A stretch of 63,954 nt of DNA, filler included, from Aduncisulcus paluster (lineage: Eukaryota): assembly GCA_024181965.1 (NCBI GenBank). It is 6 parts of 6 records of this genome, joined end to end, with 100 filler letters (N's around TTAATTAATTAA, not from the genome) between each part and the next. Parts side by side here need not be neighbours in the genome. Positions count along the whole stretch, not along the records: positions 22,453 to 37,000 come from BQXS01011654.1; 5 more parts are not named here. One strand, given 5' to 3'. A program made the position numbers and the translations under genes. The notes beneath the pieces were generated by a model. That model saw nothing but the letters and a program-made list of their open reading frames with translations, was not told where the DNA came from and ran no database searches. Of the stretch, positions 23,718 through 33,624 are shown in pieces. Every line of letters begins with the position of its first letter. The stretch's first letter is position 1.

Positions 23718-25445
23718 TTACCGAATCAAATAACGAAAATCAGACCTATCGTTGATTTCAGGAGGAGGTTGAGAATCAACTTCTTGTTCGTTGCTCGCGT
23801 CTGATGCTGACAACAAATCTTCCTGCTCTTCTTTTGTTTGTTGAGACTTAAAATGCAAAACAATACCAATAACAACACCAATAATAACACCAAAAATAAC
23901 AAAAATTCCAAAACCAATAAACCAAAAATACGAAATTCTCACCCTTGAATGAACACATTGGGGAGTATTTCCAAAGAAAGATCCAGTGCACAAGTTCCCA
24001 TCATTCATACAACCGGAACATGTGGTTCCCTCATCTTGAACACATTTCATAGACCAAATATCCATGTAATACCCATAAGCACACTCCACCTTCCATTTAC
24101 CATTTCTATGCTGAAAACATATCTCATTCTCATCAAAACTTGGCAAGTTCTTCCCAGAGCTTGAAGCACACGGAGATGTCTGGTCACCTACATTGGAGGC
24201 CAAAAAGAGCTGTGAAAGATAATCTTCAATCACCACATTTCCTTCAGACACACTGAGATAGTTATTACTTACAGATAAAACCATTCCACCATCATCCAAT
24301 TTTGAAAATGTTCAAATGTCAGAGATATTGTTATAATCCAAAAAACATGTTCTGAGGAAGTCAAAGTGAGAACTTGAAGCCCAAATTGAAAGATCTTGAG
24401 TAGAAACGTTTGAACCAACTGCATAAAACGTTGCTAATTGTAAGTCATCGGTATACTCATCAAAGAAATTGACAAAATTAAAATTTGGATTGAAAGAGAG
24501 ATCAAGAAAGCGTAGATTTTCAGGATCAATCAAAAGGGAATGAAGGCCACAATTGCTACAAACAAATGAATTCAACTTAGAGAAACCAGAGAGATCAAGA
24601 ATATTGTGGTTGCCAGGACTTGTAAGAGTAATCTCAATATCCCTTAAATTTGGGAAAACTTCAGAGGATAACCCATCAAAGGAAAAATTATTAGAATCTC
24701 CAATAAAATAGAAATTTGAAAGGCCTTCAAAGTCCTGGATCTGGTCCAAAACGTTACTATATGTCGTATGATTAAATTCAATCGATTCTATGGTACTTGG
24801 AAGATCACTTAAATCACCATACCAATATCCAACACCATTATCTCCTCCCAAATAGAGCTGAGTGAGATTTTCAAGCTGAGAGAGTGGAGAAAAACTATCC
24901 ATCGAGACTATTCCCAGAAGTAAGGATTTTAAATTGGGAAAAGTAGATAATACTTCAGGATCAAACGTTTCATTCACTGAATAAAGCTCTATGGTATTAC
25001 ATTTTGAAAATTGAGTGAGATAACTAACATCAACCTTTGAATCATCGATAATAAATTCTTCAATCGAATCCACAAGAGCAAAAATATGATCGAGAGAGAC
25101 ATCACCGGTAGAACCACCAAAAGATAGCCTGTAAAGATGAATATGCGCAGAAATTGGAGTTAAACTTTGAATTGGATTCCCCGAAATATAAATATATTCA
25201 AGACCTCGATAATTCATGGTAGCATATTGAATTCCTTCAAGATCAGAAATTCCATAGTTTTCGCAGTGCAACGTATTATATTCACAATCTTCAAGGTCTT
25301 CAATTTGAGGGGAACATTGTGGATCCGATCCTTCTGGTGTTAAATAAGCACAAAGACAAGCTTCCATTTGTGGATCGGGAATATTTGCATCTGTAGCAAA
25401 TACTCCAATAAATACAATAATTATACAAAGAAAAAAACACCTCAT
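23718..25445 (-). CDS. Type-I membrane leucine-rich-repeat surface protein interrupted by one in-frame TGA (24314-24312)
   Basis: Signal peptide MRCFFLCIIIVFIGVFA; LRRs (LEYIYISGNPIQSL, LRFLDLSFNPN, FLDYNNISDI); reading continues in frame *TFSKLDDGG; then Cys-rich region, TM helix FWFIGFGIFVIFGVIIGVVIGIVL and short tail. Confidence 0.8.
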
Positions 25446-25635
25446 TATAATTGTTCTGACCAACAAATCGTTTTGGTAATTATCTCCTCAGTGGGCAACT
25501 CAAACCAGCTTCAAAAAAAAATCGGCCCGAGACGGCAGCAACCGGCTGTCAAAATAACTCACTATCTCTAAGTTTTTACTAACAAGAAAAACGGAATAAT
25601 AATAATAATAATAATAATATTTGTAAATCTACTAC

Positions 25636-28600
25636 TCAGTGAGCCTTATCAAAGAAATCAGGCTTGATTATGCCTTCGATCCAAGAAGGAAAAGGAACGA
25701 CGTATTTACAAAACACGTCCACAATTTCGAGTCTCGGAAGATCAACAAACCACAGACCATAGCAGTAATTGTTATCACGGCAGGGTTCGTTGATGACCTT
25801 TGCTGGATAGAAAGATGTAGTATCCTGGAATAGTGCAAGAACAAGACTTCCCTCAGAAACATGATAATATGATCCATCCCTGGGGTCTTCAGGAGAACGC
25901 AAAGGTATGATTCGAGTCGGCGTTGTAATCGGTATTTCTTCACTCTTTTTAAGGGAAGAACAAGAAATGGGACATGAATTACGTTGTTTCCTGGCCATCT
26001 CACGCTTCCAAACCCCATCCCAAGCCCACATAGGAACGGAAGAAGAAGAATCTATTTTTAGTGAGCTTGAATCAGATTGAGAATCTATTTTAATCAATTT
26101 ACCAACTGATTTGGGCACTTCAATTTTGGCTTTCCCCAATTCTTCCTCGGAGATCCCAAGATCTTTCTTCCCGATATCATATGAAATGGTCTTGAGTGCC
26201 GAAGACAGATACTCCTTGAAATAGACTCCTTTCGACGCTGCTTCCTTTGTAAGTTCTTCAGACAAATCAATTAACCATTGTGGATGCTTACCAATCTGCA
26301 GAGAAGACAACAAAGCCTCAGGACTCATCACAGAAGGAGAAGAAGAAGAAGAAGAAGATTGAGATGTATCGATTGGCTGTCCATCCTCTCCTCCTGTTCC
26401 TCCTCTCTGCTCTTCTTCTTCTTCTTCTTCCTCCTCCTTCTTTGTTCCAGTGGAATGATGAGGTTGAGATGAGGTTGNNNNNNNNNNNNNNNNNNNNGAA
26501 GACAGATACTCCTTGAAATAGACTCCTTTCGACGCTGCTTCCTTTGTAAGTTCTTCAGACAAATCAATTAACCATTGTGGATGCTTACCAATCTGCAGAG
26601 AAGACAACAAAGCCTCAGGACTCATCACAGAAGGAGAAGAAGAAGAAGAAGAAGATTGAGATGTATCGATTGGCTGTCCATCCTCTCCTCCTGTTCCTCC
26701 TCTCTGCTCTTCTTCTTCTTCTTCCTCCTCCTTCTTTGTTCCAGTGGAATGATGAGGTTGAGATGAGGTTGACAGGGCATTAATACCATCTGCAGTGACA
26801 CTGCTACCTTTCCCACGTTCTTCCTCTTCTCCTTTCTCGCTGTGACCCCTCATTGATGTTACTCCAGCTTCAGCGACTGTTGTATCTTCATCGTCATCTT
26901 CATCCTTGCTTCCTCCTTTATCCTTTCCTTGCTCTACATGCTCTATATGCTCTACATGCTCTGAATCCTTTCCATGCTCTGAATCCATAGGATCAGGATG
27001 ATATTCATCATCTTCATCATCATTGTACTTATCTTTCCTCTTATATTTCCTTGAAGGTGCCTCAGACACTAAGGGTAGAGACTGTTGTGAGAGAGATTGT
27101 TGCGAGGAATAAGGAGAACTAGAGACTGGGGAAGCACATACGAGTTGGGGGAGAAAATCGGGGCTTATTGTCGGAGTTTTAGCTTTAATATCCTTTCCTT
27201 CCTCTCCTTTTTGTTCTTGTCGATCCTCATCACCATCAGTAGACTTTGGAGGATGATCTATTTGTACCATTTCAGACACTCTATGTATATCATCTGCTTG
27301 CACATTCATAATCTTACACCACGACGCAAGAGCCTTTGTGACTAGAGAGGGCTTCCCAAACGACAAAGCATTGATCTTAAAGATATGTCTCTGAATTGCA
27401 CTGTGAACGACATTATAAGCTCTCTCGACAGATGTAGAAGTTGTATATGTTATGTCAGCAAGGATTATACGCAAGGACATGAAGAAAAGAGGAGTGGACA
27501 AAGGCGCTGGTTTCTTTAAATGCTTGGATAATATAATATCTTCACGTGTGGATGGAGAATCATCTTCCTCCTCTTCTTCCTCTTCTTCATCATCTTCAGG
27601 TATAACGACCTCTTCCTCCTCTTCCTCCTCTTCCTCCTCTTCGTCGAAATAATCTTCCTCTTCCTCTTTCTTCTTAAACTTCCTAAATTTCTTTGTCTTC
27701 GATTTTTTGTTATGTTGTTTTCGCTTTGATGTCGTTTTTGGCTTTTTAGGTCTCCTTGGAGTCTGAATGGAGGGTTTAATAAGGGCTCCAGCGTTAGAGG
27801 CGGATTCCTGTTGTGAAATAAGTGGAATGGTAGTGGAATAACGTATGGCTGAGGGTGTTTTCGGTGTACATCCTGCAAGAAGGGCAGCTTGGCAAGGAGA
27901 TAGANNNNNNNNNNNNNNNNNNNNTTTGTTATGTTGTTTTCGCTTTGATGTCGTTTTTGGCTTTTTAGGTCTCCTTGGAGTCTGAATGGAGGGTTTAATA
28001 AGGGCTCCAGCGTTAGAGGCGGATTCCTGTTGTGAAATAAGTGGAATGGTAGTGGAATAACGTATGGCTGAGGGTGTTTTCGGTGTACATCCTGCAAGAA
28101 GGGCAGCTTGGCAAGGAGATAGAGCAAAATCTTGTTTGTAAACAGGCAAAATCCCTTCTTTGACTTCTTTGCCCCTTGGCGTCGATTTCCGCCGAGTTCT
28201 TGTGGGCCTCTTTGTATTATATATCTTGTTTCTTACTTCTTTTTCCTTATTTTTGTTCAAAACATCTGAATACAAAAACATGTTCTTAATCTCACACATG
28301 AAGAATTGTTCATTCAAACGACCCAAATGAGAATCTCTATGGGCTTGATCGGGAAACCCTAGCTCACAACCAGAGTCTACATCGATGGGACAATGAGGAT
28401 GCAAGGCTACGACAAGTTGATTGGTCCGGAGACCATATTTGTTGAAATTGAAGGCAAAATGACTTGGAAGCTTCCTTAATATAATTTTTGAACTATCAAA
28501 ACCAGGTGGAGGTGGAATACACTGACGGGGCGGAGTAAATAAGGCCTCTGGCATGAATGATTCCATTGAAAAGATACTGCCACCTCTGGGTGGGACAGGG

Positions 28601-28932
28601 ATACCAGTTTGTTTATGATCATATACAGCTATCTTCTTATTAAATGATATTCTTCTTTTTTCATCTATTTTGATCATCTCAACAATGTTTTCATGTACTT
28701 TTTTTAATGTATTGAATTTCTGGAAAGATTTCATTGGCCACGATTCTGGAACACAGCTAGCATCTGTTGTACACATAGCCAATTGTTTGGAAGCATCATG
28801 ATAATTGTAATCAAGCCATTTTAGATAGAACAGCATAAATTGTTGAAAACTCCTAATCTTCAGGCTAGAACGAATATCAACTTCTTCATTACTGCTCCAC
28901 CAATCAGTTGATACAGCATTCTTGGACGGCAT
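25636..28932 (-). CDS. SGF29: SGF29-like tandem-Tudor protein with long low-complexity insertion
   Basis: C-terminal RIIPL..EGSLVLALFQDTTSFYPAKVINEP..YGLWFVD..VFCKYVV matches SGF29 Tudor 2. Length is inflated by two gap-flanking duplications. First ATG 28932. Confidence 0.7.
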   Translation of the reverse strand: MPSKNAVSTDWWSSNEEVDIRSSLKIRSFQQFMLFYLKWLDYNYHDASKQLAMCTTDASCVPESWPMKSFQKFNTLKKVHENIVEMIKIDEKRRISFNKKIAVYDHKQTGIPVPPRGGSIFSMESFMPEALFTPPRQCIPPPPGFDSSKIILRKLPSHFAFNFNKYGLRTNQLVVALHPHCPIDVDSGCELGFPDQAHRDSHLGRLNEQFFMCEIKNMFLYSDVLNKNKEKEVRNKIYNTKRPTRTRRKSTPRGKEVKEGILPVYKQDFALSPCQAALLAGCTPKTPSAIRYSTTIPLISQQESASNAGALIKPSIQTPRRPKKPKTTSKRKQHNKXXXXXXXLSPCQAALLAGCTPKTPSAIRYSTTIPLISQQESASNAGALIKPSIQTPRRPKKPKTTSKRKQHNKKSKTKKFRKFKKKEEEEDYFDEEEEEEEEEEEVVIPEDDEEEEEEEEDDSPSTREDIILSKHLKKPAPLSTPLFFMSLRIILADITYTTSTSVERAYNVVHSAIQRHIFKINALSFGKPSLVTKALASWCKIMNVQADDIHRVSEMVQIDHPPKSTDGDEDRQEQKGEEGKDIKAKTPTISPDFLPQLVCASPVSSSPYSSQQSLSQQSLPLVSEAPSRKYKRKDKYNDDEDDEYHPDPMDSEHGKDSEHVEHIEHVEQGKDKGGSKDEDDDEDTTVAEAGVTSMRGHSEKGEEEERGKGSSVTADGINALSTSSQPHHSTGTKKEEEEEEEEQRGGTGGEDGQPIDTSQSSSSSSSPSVMSPEALLSSLQIGKHPQWLIDLSEELTKEAASKGVYFKEYLSXXXXXXXXTSSQPHHSTGTKKEEEEEEEEEQRGGTGGEDGQPIDTSQSSSSSSSPSVMSPEALLSSLQIGKHPQWLIDLSEELTKEAASKGVYFKEYLSSALKTISYDIGKKDLGISEEELGKAKIEVPKSVGKLIKIDSQSDSSSLKIDSSSSVPMWAWDGVWKREMARKQRNSCPISCSSLKKSEEIPITTPTRIIPLRSPEDPRDGSYYHVSEGSLVLALFQDTTSFYPAKVINEPCRDNNYCYGLWFVDLPRLEIVDVFCKYVVPFPSWIEGIIKPDFFDKAH

Positions 28933-29232
28933 TCGGTGCAAAACACTCAAAATTCGATTCCAATTGAAATAATATCAAAAGAGAGAAACTAGTGTTACTC
29001 TCGAAACGAAAAGATAAATTATAATTTTATTTTATTATTTAAAAATATCTAACTTATGATTCTAACGAGCTGGCTGTTGGAAAACGTCAAACAGTAATAA
29101 AGTAAATGGTAGGAATGAGAATGGGAATTACAACAATAAAAATGTTTTGGTGTTTTATATATTATAAGCATTATGTGATAGAACGAGTTGGTATCTTGTC
29201 AGATTTCATTTTTTGATTTGTATTGTGAATGA

Positions 29233-32200
29233 ATGACTCAATTCAATGATGAAACGTATTTAAGATTATTATGTGCTACATTAGTTTTTCCATGGCCATT
29301 TAAAGGTCAGATTACAGATTCTTTCCCCCTAGAGACTCATCAAGCTTGGAATGATGCTATTTCAGATCCCTCTCAACTAATTAGTCGATCATCAAGGGTT
29401 CTAAGACGAAAACTATTCTGTTTCCCACCCTGTGTAGATCCTCATATTCTTGAATTCTCTTCTTTGCAATTATCTCAATATTTCTTATCACGATGTTCAT
29501 ATGAGTTTGCTTTTATCCTTGCTTCGCCATCAATATCCAGCGCCGATTCATTAAAACGTGTTACAGGACTCCTCATAGCTTCAATGGCCATTGAGGGTTA
29601 CTCTCAACAACTCGGTCTTCATCAACATCACGAAATAGACGTTAAAATCAGCAAAATGGACTTTGCATATTCCCTTCATAAAGCTGCTGTTGCATCAATA
29701 TCGTCAATAATTGGTATTTTAAAGGATGAAACCCTATTTAAACGGCGAACTACAAGAGCATGGCTATTATTGGCTTGTGTGAGTCTAGGTTGGAGATGCG
29801 GCTTATGTGGATCCGGATCTCTGCTTGTGAATTCTTCGATCTGTCAGTCAACTTCAAAAAAGGCTCCCAATCCACAATCTTCTCTCTCTGACTCTCTTCA
29901 GAAATTCAAAATTGATCCTCAAAATATCCTTCCATTGCTTCTCAACATATTTGGTTGTGTTGATCGTTGTCTCATGGGTGACATTCGTGCTCATAAATTA
30001 ATTGATTTAATCTGTTCCGAAATTTCTAAAATCGTACAATCAGAGATCCATAAAGATAGTCAGCGGCTCTCAAGTAGATCACAACACTATCAATCCACTC
30101 ATGGCATTAAACATAAACATTTGGACAGTACATCTGCACATCTCCCCCCACCCTCCTCAATGTCTTCACCCCTTTCTCCATCCCACGTTGTATCCTCTCA
30201 GAATCTCCTCCCAACACTCTATCTGGCTTCCATATGTCACTCTGCTCTATATGTGTGTAAAGAGTTATCTGCTCCTGTGATGCAAAATGATGACGATCAA
30301 CTCACGGCATCTTTTCTCACAATTGAACAGGCTCTGTCTTTCATGTCCGTGTTTCTTTCCTCTTACGTTGCGCATCACCCATCTGTCACCCCTTCATTCG
30401 CTCACTCTCAGTTCTTATCACCGTATGTATGTGTGACTCAGCTATCACACAGACACCTTGGTCTGCTCCATTTCAGTCAATATCAGATNNNNNNNNNNNN
30501 NNNNNNNNCTGCTCTATATGTGTGTAAAGAGTTATCTGCTCCTGTGATGCAAAATGATGACGATCAACTCACGGCATCTTTTCTCACAATTGAACAGGCT
30601 CTGTCTTTCATGTCCGTGTTTCTTTCCTCTTACGTTGCGCATCACCCATCTGTCACCCCTTCATTCGCTCACTCTCAGTTCTTATCACCGTATGTATGTG
30701 TGACTCAGCTATCACACAGACACCTTGGTCTGCTCCATTTCAGTCAATATCAGATCTTATCTTCATACCTCGAGAGTCTCCCTTCATTTGGTTCTTCTAC
30801 TTCTTCTCTGACATCCTCGACATCTGCCTCCTCTGCTTCTGCCTCTTCTTCTTCTTCTTCTTCTTCTTATTCTTCTTCTTCGGTTTTGTTTGCTTCTATT
30901 CTCCTTCCGAAGCTTATAAGGGAGTTGATAAGAAGAGAGAAAGAGAAAGAGATTGAATCCCAAAAGAAACCGGTGAAAATAGAATCATCTTCTTTATCGA
31001 TAAAGACAACTAAAACAACAATCAATCGAGATTCATCATCAATACACCGGGAAACACATCAAGATAAAGATGGTAGTATAATCACGGATAAAGATGGTAG
31101 TGTTATCACGAATAGAGAGAAAGAAATGATTGATATTGCCATAAAAAGCAAGGAAGAAGTGTTTGTTGAAGTAATTAAGAAATGCCCTGACTCAGAATCA
31201 ACTTCAAAACTCGACCACAAACAACATCAAGATATCATTTCTGACAAGATAAGAGTGGAAGAAAAGAGGAAGAGAGAAGAACTCAAAACAGCGATACTGA
31301 AGAGAAAACTTGATCACGGAATCATTGATGATCGAAGCCTTATTGATTTAGAAGTTAAAATTAAGAAATCCCCTGACTCAGAATCAACTTCCAAACTATA
31401 CCATGAATATCGAGATGAGATTCTCTCTGTTTTCCTTGCATTCCAATCAAAGAGTGAGATTAAAGAGCACAAGAAAGAGATTGTTATTTGTGCTCAGTGT
31501 TTAAACTGGTTTGTTGGATCTCATATTCCTAGAAATAATCTCCCAATTCCTGATCTGAATGATCTCATTGACACTTTCATTGGTCATCTATCAAGATGTG
31601 AGGAAGTGTTGGAAGGAGATCTTGATGAAGAGTATTGTAGTATTTGTATAAATTATACTGTTCAAGATAAAAGGGATTCCTTCCTTCCAAAGATCTCCCC
31701 CACTTTTCAACGTATTCTTGAGAGAGGAAGTGATAGCAAGAAAAAGTTGGGAGATGATGTTGCTTCAAATTTATTAATGACTCTCAGAAACATCTCTTAT
31801 TCTCCTTCTTCTTCCACTCGATCCTCTATTCTCACCCTCATCAAACCATATATCAGAGATTGGTTGAGGATATACAATGATAGTGAGTGTTATGGAAGAT
31901 GGGTGGGTATTCTATCACATATCACCCTCTCCAGTGATGATTCAACCCCCAACAAATCCCTCTGTTCTGAAGCTTGGCCACTCTTCCACCCTGTTCTTGA
32001 TTTTGTTAAGAGAGAGTTTGTTGGGGATAAGATTGTTGAGGATGGGTATGAAAGGGTTTTATGGTTCTTCTCCAACTTATGTTGTGATCCATCACATGCC
32101 CTTGAAGTCTATGATAATGTTAAAGATCTTCTTGATGGGTGGTTTACAGTTATTAAGAGGAAAGATCATAAATGGGGAATCAAATTCTGGTCCAAACTTA

Positions 32201-33372
32201 TTTCCACGTTTTCCACTGTTCCATCTCTTGTTCCTCACATATCCCCCAAATATGATGCCAACATGGAATGGTGCCAAAATAATGGAACAATTTACAATCA
32301 CCAATGCTATAATCAATATATTTCAAATATTTCTTCCTTCACGCCATATTCAATAATTACAACATGTTTTATTGAACTTATAAAGATTTGTAAGCAGCGA
32401 AACAAATTCACAGATCTGTCTAAAATTATAATGGATTGTTTGATATCTTATCAGGCATCAAAGTTCACAAAAGACGACTATTATCATGCTTCAATGCTAT
32501 ATAAATACATAATTAAACGATATTATGCATTAAAAACTCAGATAAAAACTGTGAATATGGCATATGATATTCTTCAAGAATATAGAGATGTCCTATCAAC
32601 CTTATCAACCATTTCTACTTCCTCTTCCTCTTCCTCTTCCTCTTCCTCTTCCTCTTCCTCTTCTTCAACATCTCCACGGTCAATAGTGGTTGAAGGCACT
32701 CATCGTAATGGTCTTACTGGCCCTATTCTAAACCATTCTGAAGATTATAAACATGATCACCATCAACGGAGGCAAGAACAAGAGGAAGAGGAAAAGAGGA
32801 AGAAGAAGATATTTGAAGAATATTGTCACAAAACTGAGAAGAAATATAAATCTAAACTCCTTCACATCTCCAGTGATCATCTGGACTCTTCATCTCATTT
32901 GGGCTGTGTATTTGCCATTGCAACTCAAAGAGCCAAGTATGACGATGATAGGGCATTGGCAATGAGCGAAGAACAATCGTATATCCATATATCCGAGGAA
33001 ATTGACACTGTCTTGAGAGCAGCTCGATTCCCTCATAATACTCAGTGTGAGTTCTGTGGAGCCTTTCCCATTGATGTGAAAGCTATTGGCGCGAAAGAAG
33101 AAGAGGATGAGCATTTATTGTCTTCGTTATTCCTTCCTCTGGCAGTGTGTATGCGAGAAGATATTGAAGTTTTGAGAGGTGGGGAATATGGTTGGGGTTG
33201 GCGATGGAGAGACAAATTGGAGGCGTCAAAGCCGGAAAAAGAGGATTTAATGGGCAAGGAGAGTTTATTGAGACCCATTCCAAAGCATCTTTTGCGAGCA
33301 CAACAATGGCTATGGGGGTTGCTGTTCTCTTCTTTCCAACCTTTCTTCTTCCTTTATAACGCACTTCATTGA
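29233..33372 (+). CDS. Hypothetical protein carrying one in-frame ARM-family module (about 31160-32330)
   Basis: 1379-aa ORF including an artefactual ~250-nt duplication around the 30489-30508 gap. Centre matches the repeat unit of 3132..8639; flanks do not. Confidence 0.8.
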   Translation: MTQFNDETYLRLLCATLVFPWPFKGQITDSFPLETHQAWNDAISDPSQLISRSSRVLRRKLFCFPPCVDPHILEFSSLQLSQYFLSRCSYEFAFILASPSISSADSLKRVTGLLIASMAIEGYSQQLGLHQHHEIDVKISKMDFAYSLHKAAVASISSIIGILKDETLFKRRTTRAWLLLACVSLGWRCGLCGSGSLLVNSSICQSTSKKAPNPQSSLSDSLQKFKIDPQNILPLLLNIFGCVDRCLMGDIRAHKLIDLICSEISKIVQSEIHKDSQRLSSRSQHYQSTHGIKHKHLDSTSAHLPPPSSMSSPLSPSHVVSSQNLLPTLYLASICHSALYVCKELSAPVMQNDDDQLTASFLTIEQALSFMSVFLSSYVAHHPSVTPSFAHSQFLSPYVCVTQLSHRHLGLLHFSQYQXXXXXXXXALYVCKELSAPVMQNDDDQLTASFLTIEQALSFMSVFLSSYVAHHPSVTPSFAHSQFLSPYVCVTQLSHRHLGLLHFSQYQILSSYLESLPSFGSSTSSLTSSTSASSASASSSSSSSSYSSSSVLFASILLPKLIRELIRREKEKEIESQKKPVKIESSSLSIKTTKTTINRDSSSIHRETHQDKDGSIITDKDGSVITNREKEMIDIAIKSKEEVFVEVIKKCPDSESTSKLDHKQHQDIISDKIRVEEKRKREELKTAILKRKLDHGIIDDRSLIDLEVKIKKSPDSESTSKLYHEYRDEILSVFLAFQSKSEIKEHKKEIVICAQCLNWFVGSHIPRNNLPIPDLNDLIDTFIGHLSRCEEVLEGDLDEEYCSICINYTVQDKRDSFLPKISPTFQRILERGSDSKKKLGDDVASNLLMTLRNISYSPSSSTRSSILTLIKPYIRDWLRIYNDSECYGRWVGILSHITLSSDDSTPNKSLCSEAWPLFHPVLDFVKREFVGDKIVEDGYERVLWFFSNLCCDPSHALEVYDNVKDLLDGWFTVIKRKDHKWGIKFWSKLISTFSTVPSLVPHISPKYDANMEWCQNNGTIYNHQCYNQYISNISSFTPYSIITTCFIELIKICKQRNKFTDLSKIIMDCLISYQASKFTKDDYYHASMLYKYIIKRYYALKTQIKTVNMAYDILQEYRDVLSTLSTISTSSSSSSSSSSSSSSSSTSPRSIVVEGTHRNGLTGPILNHSEDYKHDHHQRRQEQEEEEKRKKKIFEEYCHKTEKKYKSKLLHISSDHLDSSSHLGCVFAIATQRAKYDDDRALAMSEEQSYIHISEEIDTVLRAARFPHNTQCEFCGAFPIDVKAIGAKEEEDEHLLSSLFLPLAVCMREDIEVLRGGEYGWGWRWRDKLEASKPEKEDLMGKESLLRPIPKHLLRAQQWLWGLLFSSFQPFFFLYNALH

Positions 33373-33624
33373 TGTAAATAAAATGAAGTATTATGGTAAT
33401 AAATTATAAAAAATAAATATTGGCACTTGTTTTGGAACTAGAGAGGCTTTATAACAGTGAATAATGTATTTTTCGTCCCGCAAGTAGTTTTAAGGTTTTT
33501 TTCAAATAAAAACACCATTATATTCAAACATACTATGTTTAACATATTAATGGTAACCTGTATATGGTGGAATCCTCGCTTTTGTTTGTTTATTTTATTA
33601 AAAATCATGTTTTGACAGGATTTG

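Noticed and set aside
24312..24314. Genome-wide TGA reassignment
   Set aside because: TGA is the evident stop of several genes here (25636, 33372, 42486, 54728), and Trp is encoded by TGG.
27705..28124. ~200-nt direct repeat in the SGF29-like gene
   Set aside because: Flanks the 27905-27924 gap; assembly overlap.
30242..30755. ~250-nt direct repeat in 29233..33372
   Set aside because: Flanks the 30489-30508 gap; assembly overlap.
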